A stretch of DNA of 32,000 bases from Nostoc sp. PCC 7120 = FACHB-418 (GTDB taxonomy: Bacteria; Cyanobacteriota; Cyanobacteriia; Cyanobacteriales; Nostocaceae). Each line of letters starts with the position of its first letter. Positions within the stretch are counted from its first letter, which is position 1. Under the pieces are notes generated by a model, which had not been told where the DNA came from, did no database searches, and saw only the letters and a program-made list of their open reading frames with translations. Made by a program: the position numbers and the translations under genes. Of this stretch, positions 8,519 through 14,871 are shown piece after piece. The stretch spans positions 3,750,001-3,782,000 of the forward strand of contig NC_003272.1 of the NCBI RefSeq assembly GCF_000009705.1, given 5' to 3'.

Positions 8519-8744
8519 TTATTTATTAGTTAACAAATATCATTATTTTATATCTTTAATTTATTCAAATATCACTAAATAATAGTAGATTTTGTTAAAT
8601 CTTGTAATTATATATGTTTTTTAACATTAGTAACAATTTCCAGCATTTACTTATAAAATATATATTTTTAGTGAAAACTTACATAAAAGTTACCTGCATA
8701 TAATTACAATGTAGATAATAATCTTAATTATCAGGAGCTAAAAA

Positions 8745-9104
8745 ATGGCAGGTAGTTTTAATATTAATACTGGCGGTGGTCAATTTAATCAAAATATTGG
8801 ACGTGATTTGATCCAAGGTGATTACTATGCGGCAGCACAGCCCCAAAGCCTTGCTGAAACTGCTGCTGAAATTCAACAGTTACTAAAACAATTAGAGCAA
8901 ACATACCCGACTACAACTAGAGCAGAACAAAGGAGAGTAGCTACAGAAGCTATAAATCAAATTGAAAGTAATCCTGCATTTAAAGAGCGAATAATTAAAG
9001 CTGTCCAGTATGGTAGTTTAGCAGCTTTTGAAAAAGCTATTGATAATCCGCTTGGAGCATTCATCACTGAAGCAATCAAAGGTTGGCAAGAATTTGAAAG
9101 CTAA
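8745..9104 (+). CDS. island cargo: hypothetical soluble protein (119 aa) related to the central part of the 327-aa protein
   Basis: ORF track. AGGAG at 8732-8736 precedes ATG 8745. N-terminal TGGGQFNQNIGRDLIQGD, then AETAAEIQQLLKQLEQ and ...NQIESNPAFK, paralleling QNIARDFIGRD ... EQLRNQPEVK in ORF 7535-8518. Confidence 0.65.
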   Translation: MAGSFNINTGGGQFNQNIGRDLIQGDYYAAAQPQSLAETAAEIQQLLKQLEQTYPTTTRAEQRRVATEAINQIESNPAFKERIIKAVQYGSLAAFEKAIDNPLGAFITEAIKGWQEFES

Positions 9105-9143
9105 TAACGTTATTTTCTAGCTAATCAATACAAGCGAAAAAAT

Positions 9144-9169
9144 ACCTCCTATAAATTAAACTAGGAGGT
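9144..9169. terminator. bidirectional terminator-like hairpin between convergent genes
   Basis: ACCTCCT 9144-9150 / AGGAGGT 9163-9169, with an A-run before and a T-rich tract after. Confidence 0.45.
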
Positions 9170-9194
9170 TTATAAATTATTGATGTGTTATTAG

Positions 9195-10412
9195 TTATTT
9201 GATTACATCTGGTAAATTAATTCTCTCAATATCTAACTTGAGATAGTGTTCTTTAATTATTTGTTCGCTGTTACCAACTAACTCAGCTAACTTATGTATC
9301 GGGTAATCATTATTAGCGTGATAACTAATCATTGTGTGCCTTAGTTGGTAGGGTACACGATATTTGATACCCATATTCTCTAATAGCAACTTCCACACTC
9401 TATAAAATACATTATGGTTTATTGGTTTACCTTGGATATTTTTAAAAACATATCCTTTTCTATGTGGAATATCGTTTAATAGCTCCATTAGCTCAGGATT
9501 AATAGGAAAGTATCTATGTGATACCGTTTTAGTACCTTGTTTTTTAATTATTAGTCCTCCTCTATTCATTTCTGCTTCACAAAATTTAATCCGCTTTTTC
9601 TGCAAGTCTACATTCTCCCACTTCAAAGCAATTGCCTCTGATGGTCTACATCCTGTTAACCAGCAAAAGTAAACATATTTGTAATATTGATAATGCCTAC
9701 CTTGCCTGCGGCTGTAAGTTTCATTTTTCAAAGCTTCTAGGATTCTATAAACTTCATCAACTGAAAAAATATCAATGTCGTCTTCTTCATTTACTACGCT
9801 ACATTTTTTTTCAGTTTTAATGTTAATGCTTTCGAGAGCATCCCGGTATTCAATCCCCCACTTACGCGGGATATTCCCTTGTTTACTATTCCAGTCAATA
9901 GCGGCTACTATCAACATAAATCGAGACTTACTGGTTTTCTTTGTTCGGCTAGTATTGTTAAATATCCACTCTATTAACTGTTGTTTATCTTCTAATTTAT
10001 GAAAAGGACAACTGTTTAATAATCGTCTTATTAGTGCAATGTGACTTGTTATATATGTTTCTGTCCAAGTACCCAATGCTACATGAAATTTAACATAGTT
10101 ATCCCATAACACAATTAAGTCATCTTTCTCTACTAACCTGACGCTTCCTGTCTTCTTAGCCTTAAACTTTGCTTGTTCACTCTTGACCATATCTTTGAGT
10201 GAATCTATTTCTATCAGTTCCCCTAGCGCGATTAATCGGCTTATCTCCTCATCTACCATCACGGCTAGGTTTAAGGCTGTAAGCTTATCCCCTCCTAATC
10301 CAATAGTTTTTCTCCCTAACTTACTGCTTAAGCGTAACTGGTACATTTCACCGTACTGAGTTTTCATTGTCATTACGCTTAAGTGTTTGTAATCGCTTCT
10401 TGACGCTACCAT
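9195..10412 (-). CDS. tyrosine-type site-specific integrase (405 aa)
   Basis: Catalytic-domain signatures: TGCRPSEAIALKWENVDL (box I Arg), YQLRHTMISYHAN (HxxR), and LVGNSEQIIKEHYLK (catalytic Tyr region). Confidence 0.9.
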   Translation of the reverse strand: MVASRSDYKHLSVMTMKTQYGEMYQLRLSSKLGRKTIGLGGDKLTALNLAVMVDEEISRLIALGELIEIDSLKDMVKSEQAKFKAKKTGSVRLVEKDDLIVLWDNYVKFHVALGTWTETYITSHIALIRRLLNSCPFHKLEDKQQLIEWIFNNTSRTKKTSKSRFMLIVAAIDWNSKQGNIPRKWGIEYRDALESINIKTEKKCSVVNEEDDIDIFSVDEVYRILEALKNETYSRRQGRHYQYYKYVYFCWLTGCRPSEAIALKWENVDLQKKRIKFCEAEMNRGGLIIKKQGTKTVSHRYFPINPELMELLNDIPHRKGYVFKNIQGKPINHNVFYRVWKLLLENMGIKYRVPYQLRHTMISYHANNDYPIHKLAELVGNSEQIIKEHYLKLDIERINLPDVIK

Positions 10413-10456
10413 TTTTTACCTCTCAGGGTAGATGAACTGATAGCATTTTAATTCAA

Positions 10457-10477
10457 TTGGTTGAATAATTGGTTGAA
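10457..10477 (+). repeat. two TTGGTTGAA iterons next to the integrase promoter and right island end
   Basis: TTGGTTGAA at 10457-10465 and 10469-10477, in the same orientation as the 7131-7178 set. Confidence 0.55.
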
Positions 10478-10541
10478 GTTAGCTTATATTTGTTATCACT
10501 AAATACTGTAAATATTGTATATCAACATTTATAGCTTGCTT

Positions 10542-10603
10542 AGTGGACGCACTCAAAATGCGTTTTATAGAAACCTAACGGGGGTTCAAATCCCCCCTCC
10601 GTC
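10542..10603 (+). repeat. diverged duplicate of the tRNA-Ser 3' half (putative attR), not a functional tRNA
   Basis: GACGCACTCaAAATGCGTT differs by 1 nt from tRNA positions 7029-7047. GGGGGTTCAAATCCCCC (10580-10596) is identical to the T-arm. The variable arm and 3' acceptor strand differ, and there is no 5' half. Confidence 0.7.
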
Positions 10604-10607
10604 TTTT

Positions 10608-10988
10608 TTACATCATTCTCAATAAGTCAATCACCTCAGTTAGATGATTCTTAGCCTTGTACAGCGCCAGTAGTCTCTCTTGCTGGTATCTATTGGGGTA
10701 ATCCATCCGCCTACCTTCAAAACTCAGTCGGAGTAACGCTGATTGTTCACAGGTAGGTGTTGCCATCTCGTCTAGGATTTGTCCCATTGTCTCAAGACCA
10801 AAGAATGTAGGAGGTTTTAGCCCCTTTCCATCCTCTAATTGTTGGAGTGCTAAAGCCGGGAACGCCATTAAGGTAGTGATATAGCTAGCCTTCTGTCCTC
10901 CTGTTCCCGTTGGTTTTAAGCCATACCGTTTCACCAGTAGATTTAATTGGGGGATAGTCAACAGTTCTAATTCAGCACGACTAAACAT
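10608..10988 (-). CDS. hypothetical protein (126 aa), possible N-terminal SAP/HeH-like motif
   Basis: ORF track. LTIPQLNLLVKRYGLKPTG resembles a helix-extended-helix DNA/RNA-binding motif. This is a weak call from memory. Confidence 0.45.
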   Translation of the reverse strand: MFSRAELELLTIPQLNLLVKRYGLKPTGTGGQKASYITTLMAFPALALQQLEDGKGLKPPTFFGLETMGQILDEMATPTCEQSALLRLSFEGRRMDYPNRYQQERLLALYKAKNHLTEVIDLLRMM

Positions 10989-11019
10989 AAAATAGATTCA
11001 TCCATTTGTAAAAGTGGTA

Positions 11020-11058
11020 TCAGTGGGTAACAACTTTCTCAGGGTAGATACCCACTGA
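11020..11058. promoter_or_regulatory. 10-bp inverted repeat containing a 13-mer shared with the integrase upstream region
   Basis: TCAGTGGGTA 11020-11029 / TACCCACTGA 11049-11058. TCTCAGGGTAGAT at 11037-11049 is identical to 10421-10433. It lies in the divergent intergenic region between ORF 10608-10988 and the RHH-like gene. Confidence 0.3.
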
Positions 11059-11115
11059 CTAAAAATTGAAACAGATGCGCGCAACTGATTCAATCTTCAG
11101 ATACATTTCTCAACA

Positions 11116-11307
11116 ATGCCTAACCCCAAAGGAACACCCGAAAATTTAGAACCATCAAAACCAAAGGGTGAGGAACCTATGACTGCTAACCTTAGTTTTC
11201 GCGTCACCGAGTCGATGAAACAAGCGGTTAAGGCACAGGATGACCCTGCTCAATTCTGTAGAGACGCGATACAAGAGAAGCTAGATAAGCTTTCTAGTGA
11301 AGAATAG
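11116..11307 (+). CDS. small ribbon-helix-helix (CopG/Arc-like) protein
   Basis: ANLSFRVTESMKQAVKA...FCRDAIQEKLDKL fits a beta-strand plus two helices. An alternative internal start is ATG 11179, with GAGGA 4 nt upstream (42 aa). Confidence 0.45.
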   Translation: MPNPKGTPENLEPSKPKGEEPMTANLSFRVTESMKQAVKAQDDPAQFCRDAIQEKLDKLSSEE

Positions 11308-11375
11308 AGACAGTATTTGATTGCCCAGAAGCGATCGCCTGTGGGCATTGTAAACAAACATTTTACCTACATTAC

Positions 11376-12197
11376 TTAACTACTCGTATTTCGCTCAAGC
11401 CAAGCAACTAAATCAGATACATTTGAAAAACTTAAAAATTCTTCTCCCAAGGCTTCTAACTCTTCAGTAGATAATATTTTGATACGCTCAACTATTGATA
11501 AATCTATCTCACCAAAGCGCCGATTTAACTGTCGATTTAAAAAGCGAAAAGCTTCTTTCTGCTCACCCTTCTGCTCACCCTTTTGCAAAATATCCTGATA
11601 AATAACTGATTCCTGCATAATATCCTCGCTTAATAACTGACGAATCAAACCCTTCTCAAACCGCAAACCAGCTAATATCTCGGTGTAGGCTGCTGTATTT
11701 TGCCTTGTCTCTCTATCTGAAATTCTTAAATCTCTTGGAGAATCAGTTTGACACAAAGGTGCTAATGGTAACAATGCCAAATTACCCAAAAATAAGCTGG
11801 AATCTTGCTCCCACATTCTGACTGCACGATAGCGATGTCTAGTTGTCTCATTCACATACTCTTCAGTAAAAGCAATTTCATCATCTGTCTCCTGCAAAAA
11901 TATTACCACCTGTACAATTCGACACTTATACTGACGTTTTAATCTCACAGAATAATCCAGCATTCGGAAAGGAATCGCGGGATTAGACTGTGTTAAAGTC
12001 TGAAATTCAATATGCAAAATCAAATTGCCAGTTTGTAAAAAAATCACAGAATCTGCGCGAATAGGCTCTAAACTTAACTCAGTTTTTAAAACCTTAACAT
12101 TGGTAGATTCTTCACCAATTAACCATCGGATAAAATCTTTTGGATATTTCTCTGCAAGCGCCTTACAAACATTATCAAAACTCACAATAAGAACCAA
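11376..12197 (-). CDS. Rpn-family recombination-promoting nuclease / putative transposase (PD-(D/E)XK N-domain, DUF4351-like C-domain)
   Basis: SFDNVCKALAEKYPKDFIRWL...EPIRADSVIFLQTGNLILHIEFQT is the typical cyanobacterial Rpn/YhgA-like N-terminus. The C-terminus ...QKGEQKGEQKEAFRFLNRQLNRRFGEI...LSTEELEALGEEFL resembles DUF4351. GTG 12185 (MSFDN...) is an alternative start. Confidence 0.75.
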   Translation of the reverse strand: MVLIVSFDNVCKALAEKYPKDFIRWLIGEESTNVKVLKTELSLEPIRADSVIFLQTGNLILHIEFQTLTQSNPAIPFRMLDYSVRLKRQYKCRIVQVVIFLQETDDEIAFTEEYVNETTRHRYRAVRMWEQDSSLFLGNLALLPLAPLCQTDSPRDLRISDRETRQNTAAYTEILAGLRFEKGLIRQLLSEDIMQESVIYQDILQKGEQKGEQKEAFRFLNRQLNRRFGEIDLSIVERIKILSTEELEALGEEFLSFSNVSDLVAWLERNTSS

Positions 12198-12326
12198 GTT
12201 AATATCATGATTATATTATTATTAAATGGGGATATACTGGTTCCTGAGTTGGTGAGGTATATTTTCGACTTTACTAACCTTGTTTGAGAAGATTGGGGTG
12301 TACCTCAGTTGCTCTGTCTTACTGAA

Positions 12327-13559
12327 TCATAGTGTCAGGTTGCTGACAAAATCGAAGAGATGGTGAGCTAGTTGCAATTTAGAACAAGGTGGGATTGTCA
12401 CTTGTCTATCTTGGTTATCTAAGAAGATAGCTTGATTATTATCGCTACCAAAACCACTATCTGCTTTGTCGATGGGGTTTGCAACGATCGCATCTAATTT
12501 CTTACTATATAATTTCTCTTTAGCTGGTGTAACTATATCCCCTGTCTGAGCAGCAAAACCAATTAAACGCTGATGGGGTTGTTTGAGTTTACCTAATTGA
12601 GCAACGATATCGGGTACTGGTTCCAAAGGTAAAGACTGGGGGAGCGATCGCTTGGGTAATTTTTCTGTACTATAATCTTGAGGTTTGACATCAGCCACAG
12701 CCGCAGACATAACGATGATATCTGCATTGGGTAAATATTCCAACATTACCTGCTGCATTTCTTCGGCATTGATAATGGGAATTGCTTGCACACCCAAAGG
12801 TACAACCCAACTCGCCACCCCATGCACCAATGTCACCTTTGCCCCACGGTGTAAAGCAGCTTGGGCTAAAGCCAGTCCCATTTTACCAGTAGAAGGATTA
12901 CCAATAAATCGCACCGGGTCAAGATACTCCCTTGTACCTCCCGCACTAATTAAAACTCGCTTCCCGGCTAAATCTCGCTTACCTTGAGTATGTAATAGAG
13001 ATTGAGTGTAAGCCAAAATCTCTGGAGGTTCCGCCATTCTACCAGCACCGACGCGATCGCACGCCAATAATCCCGATGCTGTGCCAATACCATGATATCT
13101 GCTATCTGTTAACAACTGCTGCCAATTACGCTGCACAGTGAGTTGTTCCCACATATCAGTATTCATCGCCGGCGCTAACAATGCGGGACAATTGGAAGCT
13201 AACACTGTATTGGTGAGTAAATTATCAGCCATCCCGTAAGTGAGTTTAGCTAAGGTATTAGCGGTGAGGGGAGCAATCACCAACAAATCCGCCCACTCAC
13301 CCAACTCGATATGCAACGGACGAGAGTGAGTAGATTGCCAAAAATCATCATCTGTATAAGCAGGGTGACGGGAGAGGGTTGATAAAGTTAAAGGCGTTAT
13401 AAATTCTTGTGCGGAACGGGTAAGAATGACTCGAACTTCCACCCCCGACTTAAACAAATTCGAAACGACCTCACAAACCTTATAAGCAGCGATACCGCCA
13501 CCCACAGCAACAAGAACCCTACTTTTGCGATTTTCAGCTTGCGGTTGAGGATGAGCCAT
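12327..13559 (-). CDS. coaBC: bifunctional phosphopantothenoylcysteine decarboxylase / phosphopantothenate-cysteine ligase
   Basis: Flavoprotein N-domain ([28 protein letters not shown]) and DFP ligase C-domain ([25 protein letters not shown]). 410 aa. Confidence 0.9.
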   Translation of the reverse strand: MAHPQPQAENRKSRVLVAVGGGIAAYKVCEVVSNLFKSGVEVRVILTRSAQEFITPLTLSTLSRHPAYTDDDFWQSTHSRPLHIELGEWADLLVIAPLTANTLAKLTYGMADNLLTNTVLASNCPALLAPAMNTDMWEQLTVQRNWQQLLTDSRYHGIGTASGLLACDRVGAGRMAEPPEILAYTQSLLHTQGKRDLAGKRVLISAGGTREYLDPVRFIGNPSTGKMGLALAQAALHRGAKVTLVHGVASWVVPLGVQAIPIINAEEMQQVMLEYLPNADIIVMSAAVADVKPQDYSTEKLPKRSLPQSLPLEPVPDIVAQLGKLKQPHQRLIGFAAQTGDIVTPAKEKLYSKKLDAIVANPIDKADSGFGSDNNQAIFLDNQDRQVTIPPCSKLQLAHHLFDFVSNLTL

Positions 13560-13577
13560 AACAAAAACTGAAGAGTA

Positions 13578-13621
13578 AGGAGTTAGAGATAATTCTTAAG
13601 GACGAATTATTTCTAACTCCT
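13578..13621 (-). promoter_or_regulatory. 17-bp (one mismatch) intercistronic hairpin upstream of coaBC
   Basis: AGGAGTTAGAGATAATT 13578-13594 / AATTATTTCTAACTCCT 13605-13621, loop 10 nt. On the minus-strand transcript it ends 18 nt before the coaBC ATG. Confidence 0.35.
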
Positions 13622-13634
13622 GATTATCAAATAC

Positions 13635-13847
13635 CTAAGCTTCGTCGTATGGTTCCAAATCTAACAGATGGATGTAAGATTCTACCAACTCTGGACGCTG
13701 AAAAGCGATCGCCCGCAGTAGATGCCAGTCGTTTAAACCATCAAAAGCATTGCTATAATTGTCCATCTCTAGACGAGTAGCCAGTTCCTCCACCTCTGCT
13801 GCGGTCATGGCAGCAATTTCTTTTTTGGAAATGCTTAAAGTTTTCAT
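13635..13847 (-). CDS. DUF2555-like conserved cyanobacterial protein (70 aa)
   Basis: MKTLSISKKEIAAMT...NYSNAFDGLNDWHLLRAIAFQRPELVE...LDLEPYDEA matches my memory of DUF2555. Met at 13847 is preferred over the track start 13880 because AAGGGAGGGG lies about 8 nt upstream. Confidence 0.65.
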   Translation of the reverse strand: MKTLSISKKEIAAMTAAEVEELATRLEMDNYSNAFDGLNDWHLLRAIAFQRPELVESYIHLLDLEPYDEA

Positions 13848-14001
13848 AATGCTTGCCCCTCCCTTATGCAGCATTTGCACCCAGCGCGGGTTAAGTGGCG
13901 CTGTAAAGTGCCACTCAATCTATCTTACTCACTAGATGGCATGGAATTCCTAAAATTTTTCAGGATTTATACCATATTTTGTAAAAAAATTGTAACTCAG
14001 A

Positions 14002-14646
14002 CTAAACAAGTGCATTGACAATGAAATTTCTGGCTACATTTAACATTTCCAAATTGATTTCGTGTCCAGCCTCAAATTCCTGATATTGGACAGGAACACC
14101 CAGCGATTCTACGGTTGTGCGTGCCTTGACAGCAGCTTGCAGGGGTACAACTTCATCCCTTGTACCATGTAGGATCAGAGTTGGGGGGATATTAGTATTA
14201 TCTGGGCTAATGGCTTCAGGATGTAAATACCCACTCATCACCACCAAACCAGCCAAAGGTAATTTTGAGCCGACATCAAAAGTCATCGCCCCGCCTTGAG
14301 AAAATCCACTTAAGATAGTGCGGGATAAAGGCACACCAGTACTACTTTCTAAAGAAAGTACAAAATCTTTCAGCAGTTCCCGACTTTCCGCCAATCCCTC
14401 ATACATATTTTCTTGTCTCAAGTCATACCATGACCTACCGAGAGGAGCATAGGGATATGGATAAGGTGCATTGGGAAAGACAAACTGGTAATCAGGCAAA
14501 TTGAAATAGGGTAATAAAGATGCCACATCCTCAGCATTAGCACCCCAACCATGCAAAGTCACAACTAAGCCGGCGGGTGTTTGAGATTTAGCTGGGGGAA
14601 CGGTAGTGAATTGCAAAGACAGAGGTTTGCTCCTAAAATCTGACAC
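14002..14646 (-). CDS. alpha/beta hydrolase, phospholipase/carboxylesterase family
   Basis: LHGWGAN, nucleophile elbow GFSQGG, and the C-terminal HG.RD..V and GHEI motifs. GTG start is uncertain. Confidence 0.8.
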   Translation of the reverse strand: MSDFRSKPLSLQFTTVPPAKSQTPAGLVVTLHGWGANAEDVASLLPYFNLPDYQFVFPNAPYPYPYAPLGRSWYDLRQENMYEGLAESRELLKDFVLSLESSTGVPLSRTILSGFSQGGAMTFDVGSKLPLAGLVVMSGYLHPEAISPDNTNIPPTLILHGTRDEVVPLQAAVKARTTVESLGVPVQYQEFEAGHEINLEMLNVARNFIVNALV

Positions 14647-14770
14647 TCCTAGTAAATCCTATCTCTAGAAGTTATCGTTAAGCATCACTCTGCTTCGTCA
14701 GAACTCCAGAAACTTGTATGGTCTTCAGCTTGCAAATTCAAATGCTGCTTCATGGTATCGGCGATCGCGC

Positions 14771-14864
14771 AATCGGTTAATCTGGTTCATAGGGGTTTCT
14801 GTGGTAACTACCCCTTCCCTGTAAACTTTGCAAGCTTTTCCTCAATTTTTTGTTCTGTACAGAG
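14771..14864 (-). mobile_element. IS-end remnant (copy A): terminal region plus first 8 codons of a transposase
   Basis: About 85 percent identical by eye, with two indels, to 25598-25707. The minus strand reads ...CTGTACAGAAC...AGAAACCCCTATGAACCAGATTAAC (MNQINRLRD...) and then loses similarity at a HIP1 site. Confidence 0.5.
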
Positions 14865-14871
14865 ATCAAAT

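Larger units (their letters stand above)
7091..10603. mobile_element. integrative genomic island at the tRNA-Ser 3' end
   Basis: The intact tRNA is on the left and a diverged duplicate of its 3' half on the right (10542-10603). A tyrosine integrase sits next to the right end. GGTTGAA iterons occur at both ends. The region is visibly AT-rich with no HIP1 sites inside. Confidence 0.7.

Noticed and set aside
9632-10002. Two plus-strand ORFs antisense to the integrase
   Set aside because: They are chance open frames in AT-rich DNA. The integrase frame on the minus strand has clear catalytic motifs.
10542-10603. Possibility that the second tRNA-like sequence is a functional tRNA gene
   Set aside because: There is no 5' acceptor or D-arm. 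The 3' acceptor strand (CTCCGTC) has no pairing partner and the variable arm is degenerate. It is interpreted as an att-site duplicate.
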